Program-made: the position numbers and the translations under genes
Notes under the pieces: generated by a model
What the model was told of the DNA's origin: nothing
Databases searched by the model: none
The model's input: the letters and a program-made list of their open reading frames with translations, nothing else
NCBI GenBank assembly: GCA_027009865.1
Contig: JALVCR010000099.1
Location: forward strand, 1 to 35,408
Direction: 5' to 3'
DNA from: Campylobacterales bacterium
GTDB taxonomy: Bacteria; Campylobacterota; Campylobacteria; Campylobacterales; JAADDG01
DNA: 35,408 nucleotides
In this document: one piece after another, positions 18,357 through 27,087 of the stretch
Position numbering within the stretch: position 1 is the stretch's first letter
Layout of the letters: each line of letters starts with the position of its first letter

Positions 18357-18689
18357 TTAAATTTGGTTTGATTCGCTCTCAAATCTATTATGAACTTTTT
18401 CAAGCAAAAAATAGACTACATGTGGAAAAACAAGATAGCCAAACATAGCTCCTATAAGCACCTTCTGAGTATAAGGCTCCACTTTCAAAAGCTCTCCTAA
18501 ATAGTAGATACATCCTACCAATATAAGCCATGAAAGATAAGCGAATACCATAAAATATCTTTTTACCAACTTTAGTTTCACTACGGTAAAAAATCCGGCA
18601 TACGCCATTCCAAATAAAATCACCAGAGCAGAAACTACAAATATTGGTAAAAAGTGGCTTGAAGGGATATCTTGTATATAATATTCCAA
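18357..18689 (-). CDS. Hypothetical 110-aa polytopic membrane protein, first gene of the nor unit
   Basis: TTG start with SD AGGAGGG and 3-4 hydrophobic helices. It ends 12 nt upstream of norC and lies directly downstream of the FNR box and a TATAAT. Confidence 0.6.
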   Translation of the reverse strand: MEYYIQDIPSSHFLPIFVVSALVILFGMAYAGFFTVVKLKLVKRYFMVFAYLSWLILVGCIYYLGELLKVEPYTQKVLIGAMFGYLVFPHVVYFLLEKVHNRFESESNQI

Positions 18690-18745
18690 ATTCCCTCCTT
18701 TTATTTGATTTGATTATATTTTATATATATTTTTCCAAAAAAGCT

Positions 18746-18759
18746 TTGACGTCGGTCAA
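18746..18759. promoter_or_regulatory. FNR/CRP-type box TTGACGTCGGTCAA in the divergent nor / regulator intergenic region
   Basis: Palindromic half-sites TTGAC/GTCAA. A TATAAT lies at 18713-18718 (minus) upstream of the 110-aa ORF. The regulator gene starts 92 nt away on the + strand. Confidence 0.6.
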
Positions 18760-18850
18760 AAAGAAAAAAGAGAGAAAAGATTAATAGAGACTTAATAGCT
18801 TTTTAATTATAATTTTTATTAAACATAAAATTAAAAATAAAGAAAAGATA

Positions 18851-19489
18851 ATGGAAAATATAAGAAATTTTTATCTGTTTAAAAATCTAAAAGAGAATCA
18901 GCTTCAAGAATTAAAAAATATTTCTATTATAAAAGAATACAAAAAAGGAAGTATCCTTTTTTATGAAGGAGATAAGGCTAAATCTTTAATTTTGCTAATA
19001 GCTGGGATATTACAAATTTATAAAACCGATCATAGGGGAAATAAGATAGTTTTGCATACATTTTATCCCCAAGAGTTGATAGCCGAAATAGCAAATTTCG
19101 AAAATATGCCATATCCCGCAACTGCAGAATTTATGACAAGCGGAAAAGTGGTGCATATAGATTATAAAAAATTTGAAGAAAAATTTTTAAAGAATCCTGA
19201 GATATCTTTTACTATAATTAAATCTTTAAGCAATAAAATCAAATACCTTGAAAATGTAATAACAAACGATATAGTCTTAAGCTCAACGGCAAGAGTAGCT
19301 AAATTTATCTATAAACATGAAGAAGAGTTTTTAAAGCTCAAAAAAAATGAGATAGCAACTATCATGAATATTACACCAGAAACTTTATCTCGTATAATAG
19401 GAAAACTAAAAAAATTGAAAATTTTAGAAAAAGAGAGAAATAATTATAAAATTATAAATAGAGAGGGATTAAAATCCCTCTTTGAGTAA
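18851..19489 (+). CDS. Crp/Fnr-family transcriptional regulator, cysteine-free (NssR/Dnr/NnrR-like class)
   Basis: N-terminal cNMP-binding-like beta-roll (GSILFYEGD). The C-terminal HTH (EIATIMNITPETLSRIIGKLKK) carries the FNR-type E--SR recognition motif. No Cys anywhere in the 212 aa. Confidence 0.9.
   Translation: MENIRNFYLFKNLKENQLQELKNISIIKEYKKGSILFYEGDKAKSLILLIAGILQIYKTDHRGNKIVLHTFYPQELIAEIANFENMPYPATAEFMTSGKVVHIDYKKFEEKFLKNPEISFTIIKSLSNKIKYLENVITNDIVLSSTARVAKFIYKHEEEFLKLKKNEIATIMNITPETLSRIIGKLKKLKILEKERNNYKIINREGLKSLFE
19462..19481. terminator. Hairpin AGAGGGATT-aa-AATCCCTCT embedded in the last codons of the regulator gene
   Basis: 9-bp inverted repeat. It lies 3' of the PAS gene stop on the minus strand, followed there by a T-rich run, and at the 3' end of the + strand gene. 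It may act as a bidirectional terminator. Confidence 0.4.
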
Positions 19490-19491
19490 AC

Positions 19492-20010
19492 TCAAATTGA
19501 TTCTAAAAGCTTTTCAACCGAAATATTTTTCTCTTTTGCTTTTTTAACTAAATTATCATATAAAGAAGCCTTAATATAAGAGACGCATCTTACATTCTCC
19601 CCTGCTTCTTTTCTCATTTTATCATAAAGATTTTGCATCTCTATTCTCTTCTCTTTTGGAACAAAACTTCTCATAGATTTATACTCTACAAGCTCTCCAT
19701 CTTTATAAACTCCGCTTATCTCAGCATATACCCAATAAAAACCTCTATCTTTTCTAAGATTCTTAACATATCCGCTCCAGCTTTTACCCGTTTTTATAGT
19801 ATCCCAAAGATCTTTAAAAACCGATTTTGGCATATCAGGATGTCTTAAAATATTGTGGGGCTTTCCTATAAGCTCATCTACTTCATAACCGCTTATTTTT
19901 GCAAATGTCTCATTTGCATAAGTAATTATTCCTTTTAGATCTGTCCTTGAAATAATTAACTCATCTTTGGGAATTTCCGTTTCAATGAACATATCGTAAC
20001 TGATATCCAT
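19492..20010 (-). CDS. Stand-alone PAS-domain sensor protein, CetB/Aer-type
   Basis: Motif run TDLKGIITYANETFAKISGYEVDELIGKPHNILRHPDMPKSVFKDLWDTIKTGKSWSGYVKNLRKDRGFYWV is typical of Aer/CetB PAS domains. The gene starts 8 nt after the napD stop, with an AAGGA SD. Confidence 0.85.
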   Translation of the reverse strand: MDISYDMFIETEIPKDELIISRTDLKGIITYANETFAKISGYEVDELIGKPHNILRHPDMPKSVFKDLWDTIKTGKSWSGYVKNLRKDRGFYWVYAEISGVYKDGELVEYKSMRSFVPKEKRIEMQNLYDKMRKEAGENVRCVSYIKASLYDNLVKKAKEKNISVEKLLESI

Positions 20011-20018
20011 TTGAATCC

Positions 20019-20369
20019 TTAAATATATTTTTTCTTTAAATCACCGTTATATACTATCTCTTCAGCTCTTACATCTTTTTCCAAAATCTCTGGAACGGGA
20101 TTTTTAATAACTTCAAAATTTTCCCTCGCTTGGTCTAACTCCTCTTCGCTATAAGAGTAGACCATATCAGCACTTAAAACCCCTTCTAAAAATTGAAGAG
20201 TCTTTAGTTTTTTTACCTCCTCTTCTATTCCATCACCTTCGATAGTTACTATAATATACCCCTTTTCATCAACTATATGAATATCGCAAACTCCGCTCTC
20301 TTCTACCCTTTTTTTGACATCTTCTAAATCTTGAGGATTACACCTTATTACACAACTTGATATATTCAT
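20019..20369 (-). CDS. napD: NapD, NapA signal-peptide-binding chaperone
   Basis: About 116 aa with a ferredoxin-like small-protein pattern (ISSCVI..., IVTIEGD). Last nap gene, in the canonical position. Confidence 0.85.
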   Translation of the reverse strand: MNISSCVIRCNPQDLEDVKKRVEESGVCDIHIVDEKGYIIVTIEGDGIEEEVKKLKTLQFLEGVLSADMVYSYSEEELDQARENFEVIKNPVPEILEKDVRAEEIVYNGDLKKKYI

Positions 20370-21326
20370 CTATTTTAACCTCCATTTCATAATTTCACCA
20401 GTTTCACTTCCAGTAATTATAGTTTTGTTATCTATAAATTTTACAGAATTTACTATATTTTTATGGCCTATCAATTTATCTTTTAAATCGAAAGTAAAAG
20501 GATTGGCGATTTTTAAAATATATTTATCATTATCCCCATAAACAACATAAGAATCATCGGGCGCTACAGCAGTAGCGTAAACAAAAAAATCACATCTCTT
20601 AGACCAGCCTTTTTTATCTTTTAGGCTGTAAACTCCAAGAGTTTTATCTCCCCTGCTTCCTGCAGCTATCATATCATTTGTAGTAAAAATAGAAATAACT
20701 TTATCTTTATTTATATCTTTAAAAAGATTAATTCTTTTCAAATTGGAAGTATCCACTACTATAATTTCACCACCCTCATCTCCTATAACTATAAATTTTC
20801 TATTAGGAGAGATATCCATAGAGGAGTAAAAATACTCTCCCGCCACTGCTCTTTTTAATATCTTTTTATTTTTTATATCGTATAAAACAGTTTCATCACT
20901 CATCAAAACCAAAATTGCCTTATCTTTATCTACAAATTTGGCAGCTTTTGCATAAAGAGAAAGAGATTTATCCAAAACTTTTTTTGTCTGATTATTTTCG
21001 TTGATAAAAAGCTCGCTATACCCATCTTCGGCTTGAGCTAAAAATAAAATTTTACCATCTAAAACATCTACACTGTAAATATCGCTCTCATGAAGTTCAC
21101 CCATAAAATCTTTTATTTTTCTAATCTTAATCTCATTTAAAATTTTAAAATTATCTATATCCATAACTATAACTTTACCGCCATCGGTAGCAATATACAA
21201 ACTGTTTTTATAAATTTTCATATCCAAAACGCCCACATTAAGTTTGATACTTAAAGAGGGCTTTATATCACTTCCAAGCAGAATAGTTACAGATAAAATA
21301 AAAAGAAAAACTTTTTTAAACATCAT
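20370..21326 (-). CDS. napL: NapL, periplasmic beta-propeller protein of Campylobacterota nap operons
   Basis: Signal peptide and a repeat-rich propeller-like sequence. It sits between napF and napD, as in napAGHBFLD. Confidence 0.75.
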   Translation of the reverse strand: MMFKKVFLFILSVTILLGSDIKPSLSIKLNVGVLDMKIYKNSLYIATDGGKVIVMDIDNFKILNEIKIRKIKDFMGELHESDIYSVDVLDGKILFLAQAEDGYSELFINENNQTKKVLDKSLSLYAKAAKFVDKDKAILVLMSDETVLYDIKNKKILKRAVAGEYFYSSMDISPNRKFIVIGDEGGEIIVVDTSNLKRINLFKDINKDKVISIFTTNDMIAAGSRGDKTLGVYSLKDKKGWSKRCDFFVYATAVAPDDSYVVYGDNDKYILKIANPFTFDLKDKLIGHKNIVNSVKFIDNKTIITGSETGEIMKWRLK

Positions 21327-21801
21327 CTACCCTCTTTTTAATTTTTATGGCATTTGTCGGACATACTCTTACACAAAAACCGCAGCCTGTGCAGATGTCT
21401 GAAATGATTTCTGGCCTAAAAAGCCCTAAAAATTTTATGGCTCTATCATCGCAAACATCTAAACAGAATCTGCACATAGTCTGATTCCATGCAAGGCATT
21501 TTAATATATCTATCTCCATCAAAACATTTACAAAGTTTTTATTTTCTACTTTTAAAACTTCATAAGGACAACTCTTAGCGCACTCATCGCAAAAAGTGCA
21601 GCCGCTTTTAGAAAAGTCTAAAATCGGTTTTTTATCAACTATTTTTATTATTTCCTCTTCGCAAACTTTAGCGCATTCGCCTTCACAATCTGCACACTTT
21701 TTGAAATCTGAAATATCTTTGTAGTAGGGAGGCAGAGGAACAATTTCCTCCGCTTTATCTTGCTTAAAGATTTTTGTAAAAATCTCCCTTCTGCTTTTCA
21801 A
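21316..21801 (-). CDS. napF: NapF, cytoplasmic poly-ferredoxin
   Basis: Four Cys clusters (CADCEGECAKVC, CTFCDECAKSCP, CRFCLDVC, CTGCGFCVRVCP) and no signal peptide. Confidence 0.85.
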   Translation of the reverse strand: MKSRREIFTKIFKQDKAEEIVPLPPYYKDISDFKKCADCEGECAKVCEEEIIKIVDKKPILDFSKSGCTFCDECAKSCPYEVLKVENKNFVNVLMEIDILKCLAWNQTMCRFCLDVCDDRAIKFLGLFRPEIISDICTGCGFCVRVCPTNAIKIKKRVDDV

Positions 21802-22398
21802 TTACTTTACACCTTCCATTAAGTTTTTATAAAGGAAAGATTTATGCTTATCTTCAGGATTTCTATAATCTGGTTTAAATGTGTTAGCTACTAATGGTTT
21901 TGCATTTGCTTGAGGCACATGACATTGAGAGCAGTTATATCTTTGGGGAGCTATATCCTCTTTTTTTGCCATTAAAGTCAATCTTGCTTTATAGGCTACC
22001 TCATCTTCATATAATTTATGTTTAATTAGCTTTCTTTTGGTATCAAAAAAGAAATCTTTAAAATGTGTCGGAGGTAAAGGAGTAGCTCCCATACTTTTTG
22101 CAACATTTGGCATATGACATTGTAAACATGCATTTCGTTTAATAGTTATAGGCAACAAACCATCTACACTATGAGGAATCAAAGGAGGCGCATTCTCATA
22201 ACTTCTTGCAAACTTTTTAGATGTTCCGGGAGCAGCTTTTGAATATTCAACTTTAGGCGGAATACCTTGATCTGAATAGCCAAGTTTACTCTCCGGCACA
22301 ACTTGATTATTAGAAGCCGTAGCAGCTCCGCATCCTCCTACAATAGCAGCAACTACTACCAAAGAAAGACTTAAACGTTTCATTTTACTTAACTTCAT
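21802..22398 (-). CDS. napB: NapB, dihaem cytochrome c subunit of periplasmic nitrate reductase
   Basis: Signal/lipobox-like N-terminus (VGGC) and two CxxCH motifs (CLQCH, CSQCH). Confidence 0.9.
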   Translation of the reverse strand: MKLSKMKRLSLSLVVVAAIVGGCGAATASNNQVVPESKLGYSDQGIPPKVEYSKAAPGTSKKFARSYENAPPLIPHSVDGLLPITIKRNACLQCHMPNVAKSMGATPLPPTHFKDFFFDTKRKLIKHKLYEDEVAYKARLTLMAKKEDIAPQRYNCSQCHVPQANAKPLVANTFKPDYRNPEDKHKSFLYKNLMEGVK

Positions 22399-23219
22399 TT
22401 TTTCCTCTCCTTTTTAACAAATTCTCTAATACTGAAATTTAGAGCGTCATCATCGCATACTTCTACGCATCTTCCGCATAAAGTGCACTCTCCCATATTC
22501 ACGGACAAGCTCTTTTTGCCTATCATAAAAAGCACTTCTTTTTCAGGACAAACCTCTTTACACTTCATGCAAAGAGTGCAGTTTGGCTGATTATGTTTTA
22601 CTCTAAAAAGGCTAAATCTTCCAACTAAAGAGTAAAAACCCCCAAGCGGACAAATATGGCCGCACCAGCCGTTTTTTAATACAAAAAGGTCAAACAGAAA
22701 TATAGTCAAAATAGCAGCCCATCCAAACCCCATTCCAAAAACCAAGCCTCTATGAGTCATGGAAACGGGACTTACTATTTCAAAAGCTGCTGTGCCTAAA
22801 AGAAAAGATATTATAAAACTAAGCCCCATTGCCCAATACCTGATATTTCTGCTTGCCCACCACTTCTTCTCTACTTTATCAAATCCTCCCTTTCTCCTTA
22901 TAAAATTGGCAAGGTCGGTAACCATATTTACAGGACATACCCAGCTGCAAAAGGCACGCCCTCCTATTAGCATATAAAATAGAGTAACTATAAATGCACC
23001 TATCAATGCATTTGCTCCAACTATACTGCCTGCTGCAAAAATCTGCAATACAGCATAAGGATCCGACAAAGGAATAGTATCTACAACTTTGGAAGAACTT
23101 AGATTCCCCTCCAAAATTTTCCATCCCCAAACATTAGCAGCTATATATAAAAACATAATGGCAATTTGAGTTAGACGTCTTAAAATTAAAAATCTATATT
23201 TTTTCCATATCTTATTCAA
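22395..23219 (-). CDS. napH: NapH, membrane FeS quinol dehydrogenase subunit
   Basis: Four TMs, motifs CSWVCPVN and CGHICPLG, and two C-terminal 4Fe-4S motifs. It is a paralogue of nosH. Confidence 0.9.
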   Translation of the reverse strand: MNKIWKKYRFLILRRLTQIAIMFLYIAANVWGWKILEGNLSSSKVVDTIPLSDPYAVLQIFAAGSIVGANALIGAFIVTLFYMLIGGRAFCSWVCPVNMVTDLANFIRRKGGFDKVEKKWWASRNIRYWAMGLSFIISFLLGTAAFEIVSPVSMTHRGLVFGMGFGWAAILTIFLFDLFVLKNGWCGHICPLGGFYSLVGRFSLFRVKHNQPNCTLCMKCKEVCPEKEVLFMIGKKSLSVNMGECTLCGRCVEVCDDDALNFSIREFVKKERKK

Positions 23220-24060
23220 AATCTATCCCTTCATTTAGAGATTCAACGGCACTCTTCTTACTTCTTGGAGTAACCGTTGTCTGAATTCCCTTGCTTCCTT
23301 TAAGACGTCTCTCATCACTCTTTTGCCACCCTTTTACATAATGGCTTCCAACCTTTCCTAAGGCTACATCTCTTGGCAAAACTTTTATAGCTGCAATTTC
23401 AGTTACACACGCATGCTCGCAAAGACCGCATCCAGTGCAGTAATCGGGATCGACAACCGGTAAAAGTTTTGCATGCTTTCCGGTTCTCTCATTTTGCCTA
23501 TACTCCATAAAAATAGCCTTATCCAATAAAGGACAGGCTCTATAGCAAGCATCGCACTGTATTCCCCAATAAGCTATGCAATCTTTTATATCTACAATGG
23601 CAACACCCATTCTCATTTGAGTAATATCAAAAACTCTCTTACCCTCTTTAACCTCAGAAACACTATCTATATCAAGTGCTCCCGTAGGACAAGGAGGAAC
23701 ACAAGGAATATCATCGCACATATAGCATGGAATATCCCTTGGAATAAAATATGGCGTTCCTATCGGTTTATTATCTCCCGGCTTTGCAAGCATTAAAGTA
23801 TCATAAGGACAAGCCTCCACGCAAAGCCCGCATTTAATACAAAGAGATATGAAATCTTTCTCTTTTTTAGCTCCCGGCGGTCTTAGGAGGAGAGGAGCGG
23901 CTTTAGCCTCATCTACAAAAGCGCTCCATACCAATCCTCCTACTGTTGCTATCGCAACATTCTGTGCCATTTGAATGAGAAATCTTCTTCTCTCTTTATT
24001 TTTGGGAGCTTTATTTTTTCCCATCTCCTCCCCCTCTTTAAGGCTTTTAGAATTGTTCAA
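23212..24060 (-). CDS. napG: NapG, periplasmic poly-ferredoxin (Tat substrate)
   Basis: Twin-arginine motif ERRRFLIQ and four FeS motifs. The track start is TTG with SD AAGGAAGGA; ATG at 24022-24024 (MGKNK) is an alternative. Confidence 0.9.
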   Translation of the reverse strand: MNNSKSLKEGEEMGKNKAPKNKERRRFLIQMAQNVAIATVGGLVWSAFVDEAKAAPLLLRPPGAKKEKDFISLCIKCGLCVEACPYDTLMLAKPGDNKPIGTPYFIPRDIPCYMCDDIPCVPPCPTGALDIDSVSEVKEGKRVFDITQMRMGVAIVDIKDCIAYWGIQCDACYRACPLLDKAIFMEYRQNERTGKHAKLLPVVDPDYCTGCGLCEHACVTEIAAIKVLPRDVALGKVGSHYVKGWQKSDERRLKGSKGIQTTVTPRSKKSAVESLNEGIDFE

Positions 24061-24074
24061 AACAATTCCTTCCT

Positions 24075-26885
24075 TTATGCTTTATAAATTTTAACCGCAC
24101 ATTTTTTGTAATCGGTTTGTTTAGAAATAGGACAAGTTGCATCCAATGTAACTTTATTTATAAAAACCCTCTCGTCAAACCAAGGAACAAACACCAATCC
24201 TTTAGGAGGTCTGTTTCTTCCTCTTGTCTCAACTCTTGCTTTGATTTTTCCTCTTCTGCTCTCTACCCAAACCAAATCTCCTCTTTTTACGCCTCTTTTC
24301 TTGGCATCTTCAGGATGCATATAGCAAAGAGCTTCAGGAACCGCGCGATATAGTTCTGGAACTCTCATAGTCATTGTTCCACTGTGCCAATGCTCCAAAA
24401 CCCTTCCTGTGCATAGCCAAGTATCATACTCTTTATCCGGAGTCTCAGGCGGCTCCATATAAGGTCTCATAAATATTTTGGCTTTATTTGGCAAATGAAC
24501 TTTAGGCTTGGATTTATCAGGACCCCTTAGAGTTCCTTGAGGAATAGTTTTTAGAGCATGCCCATAGAATGCAAACTCTCCTTTAACTCTTCCTTTCTCT
24601 TTCTCTCTTTTTGCATAAGGATCGTAGTTTACGTTAAATCTCCAAGGAGTATCTTTACCGTTAACTACAGGCCATCTTAAGCCTCTTACTTTATGATAAA
24701 CATCAAACGGAGCATAATCGTGTCCACGTCCCGCACCAAATTGTCTATACTCTTCCCAGAGAGCTTTTTGAATAAAGAATCCATATCCTTTAAAAGGCTT
24801 TCCGTCAGTTCCTATTACGTTTCTCTTATCTCCCTCAGCTTCCGTATTTCCAAAACCTTCGCCTATTGGGTCAGGCCATTTGAAAGATTTGTAATATTTA
24901 TTGGCAAATAGAACATCAAACAAATTATCCTCAGGGCTATAACCCATTTTTTTAGCTTCTTCTAAAACATTTGGCAATACTGTGCCGTCAGGAAGTTTCC
25001 ACTCTTTCCATACCTCTTTTAGTTTAAATCTTTTTGCAAACTCAGTATATTGCCAAACATCAGGCATAGCATTTCCGACAGGAGTTACTTGCTGTCTCCA
25101 GTGTTGAGTTCTTCTCTCAGCATTTCCGTAAGCTCCCCATTTTTCGTAAATCATAGCACTTGGTAAAATAAGATCCGCTACTTTGGCGCTGATTCCAGGA
25201 TATCCGTCGCTTACTACAATAAAGTTATCCATAGTTCTTGCGGCTTTTATCCAGTGATTGGCATTTGCAGTATCTTGCCAAGGATTACATACTTGAACCC
25301 AAGCAAATTTTATTTTTCCATCTTCCAAATCTCTCATTATTTTAACGATATGGCTTCCAACTTTAGGATTAATGGTTCCTTTTGGTAATCTCCAAATTTT
25401 CTCTGCAATCTCTCTGTGTTTTGGATTAAATACTACCATATCTGCCGGAAGTCTGTGAGCAAATGTTCCAACCTCTCTTGCAGTTCCGCAAGCGCTTGGC
25501 TGTCCAGTTAAACTAAAAGCTCCGCTTCCTGGAAGAGATTGTTTTCCTACTAAGAAATGAACAACATAGCTTAACTCGTTATCCCATGTTCCTCTGGTAT
25601 GCTGATTCATACCCATCGTCCAGAAGGATACTACTTTTCTGCCCTTCTCAACATAGTAATCTTTAAGTCTTTTTAGTTTTGCTTTAAAGCTCTCCAAACT
25701 CTCATCTGGATCTCCCTTTGCCACTTTTGCCACATAATCAAGAGTATAAGGTTCAAGTCCTTTTTTAAATTCTTCAAAACTGATAGCCCAATGCTTTCCG
25801 GCAGCTTTTGCATGTTTCATTTGCATAACTTTAGTATCGCCATAGCCAAAAGGTTTAAGAGCCACTCTCTCTGCATCGCTTAAAGGTTTTGCAGCTTGAT
25901 GGGATACAGTCTCCATCTCTTTTTTGCTGTATCCAAGCTTTGCAGCATGTTTTGGATTTCTCATACCGTAACCGATATCAGGAAATCCTGTGGCAAATAC
26001 GGTATAGTCTTTAACAAAATTCCAATCTATGGCATCTGGGTGATCATAAACTATGCTTCTTGCAATATAGTTCCAAATTGCCAAATCTGTATTTGGTTTG
26101 AAAATAATAACATCATCTGCCAAATCACAAGTTCTGTGAACATATGTAGATAAAACTACAACTTTCACTTTTTTAGGATTAGAAAGTTTTCTATCGGTAC
26201 ATCTTGCCCACAAAATCGGATGCATCTCCGCCATATTGGAGCCCCATACCGCAATCGTATCGGTAAGCTCTATATCGTCATAACAACCTGCCGGTTCATC
26301 TATTCCGAAAGTTTGAATAAATCCTGCAACCGCACTTGCCATACAGTGTCTTGCATTCGGATCTATATTGTTGCTTCTAAATCCCGCTTTCATCAATTTA
26401 GCGGCGGCATAACCCTCTTGAACCGTATATTGTCCCGAACCAAAAAAGGCCACGCCTGTAGGTCCAAGCTCGTTATAGGCTCTTTTAAACTGTTTTTCCA
26501 TCTCATCGTAAGCTCTTTTCCAGCTTACTGGCTTAAATTTACCCTTTTTATCAAACTCACCTTTTTCATTAACTCTTAAAAGAGGAGTTGTAAGTCTATC
26601 AGCACCATACATGATTTTGGCAGTAAAATAACCTTTAATACAGTTTAGACCTCTGTTTACCGGAGCCAAAGGATCACCTTTTACAGCAACAATTCTATCA
26701 TTTTTAGTAGCAATCATAATACCGCAACCGGTTCCGCAGAAACGGCAGACCGCTTTATCCCATCTCCATCCCTTTTCAGCTTCCTTGCTCGCAGCTTCCA
26801 CATCTTTTGGGATTGAAAGACCAACGGCACTTGCAGCTGCAGCAGCCGCACTGCTTTTTAAAAAATCTCTACGACTAAGTGACAT
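24075..26885 (-). CDS. napA: Periplasmic nitrate reductase catalytic subunit NapA (Mo-bisMGD, 4Fe-4S)
   Basis: Tat signal [21 protein letters not shown] and an N-terminal FeS motif CRFCGTGCG. It is a large molybdopterin oxidoreductase. I set the start at ATG 26883-26885 (SD AAGGAGG); the 19-aa track extension lacks an SD. Confidence 0.97.
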   Translation of the reverse strand: MSLSRRDFLKSSAAAAAASAVGLSIPKDVEAASKEAEKGWRWDKAVCRFCGTGCGIMIATKNDRIVAVKGDPLAPVNRGLNCIKGYFTAKIMYGADRLTTPLLRVNEKGEFDKKGKFKPVSWKRAYDEMEKQFKRAYNELGPTGVAFFGSGQYTVQEGYAAAKLMKAGFRSNNIDPNARHCMASAVAGFIQTFGIDEPAGCYDDIELTDTIAVWGSNMAEMHPILWARCTDRKLSNPKKVKVVVLSTYVHRTCDLADDVIIFKPNTDLAIWNYIARSIVYDHPDAIDWNFVKDYTVFATGFPDIGYGMRNPKHAAKLGYSKKEMETVSHQAAKPLSDAERVALKPFGYGDTKVMQMKHAKAAGKHWAISFEEFKKGLEPYTLDYVAKVAKGDPDESLESFKAKLKRLKDYYVEKGRKVVSFWTMGMNQHTRGTWDNELSYVVHFLVGKQSLPGSGAFSLTGQPSACGTAREVGTFAHRLPADMVVFNPKHREIAEKIWRLPKGTINPKVGSHIVKIMRDLEDGKIKFAWVQVCNPWQDTANANHWIKAARTMDNFIVVSDGYPGISAKVADLILPSAMIYEKWGAYGNAERRTQHWRQQVTPVGNAMPDVWQYTEFAKRFKLKEVWKEWKLPDGTVLPNVLEEAKKMGYSPEDNLFDVLFANKYYKSFKWPDPIGEGFGNTEAEGDKRNVIGTDGKPFKGYGFFIQKALWEEYRQFGAGRGHDYAPFDVYHKVRGLRWPVVNGKDTPWRFNVNYDPYAKREKEKGRVKGEFAFYGHALKTIPQGTLRGPDKSKPKVHLPNKAKIFMRPYMEPPETPDKEYDTWLCTGRVLEHWHSGTMTMRVPELYRAVPEALCYMHPEDAKKRGVKRGDLVWVESRRGKIKARVETRGRNRPPKGLVFVPWFDERVFINKVTLDATCPISKQTDYKKCAVKIYKA

Positions 26886-26969
26886 ATAAGCCTCCTTCTT
26901 AATTTTACCCTGTAACAGGCAATAGTAGACTAACAATAGCAATTCTATATTTTTTATAAAAATAGTGCA

Positions 26970-26983
26970 TTGACATAAATCAA
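26970..26983. promoter_or_regulatory. FNR/CRP-type box TTGACATAAATCAA in the divergent napA / FmdE-like intergenic region
   Basis: Lies 85 nt upstream of the napA ATG. A TATAGAAT -10-like sequence follows on the minus strand about 30 nt downstream. Confidence 0.6.
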
Positions 26984-27087
26984 TATCGTAAATTTGCGAT
27001 ATCTCCTAAATCTGTTTAAGCCTATATTGCTATTAAATTTGGGATATGTTACCATTTATCCTTCATTAAAAATAAAGGGGAGAGAGA

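Noticed and set aside
24117-26579. Several + strand ORFs of 72-119 aa (24117, 24693, 25896, 26220)
   Set aside because: All lie antisense to napA, have no SD and have biased shadow-frame composition.
26886-26942. N-terminal extensions offered by the ORF track for napA (also nosB 6564-6617, nirN 14227-14241, DUF59 28747-28764)
   Set aside because: The downstream ATGs have good SDs and begin with proper Tat or Sec signal peptides. For the cytoplasmic DUF59 protein the evidence is the SD and the 2-nt spacing from the upstream stop. The extensions start at TTG or lie inside the SD or promoter elements.
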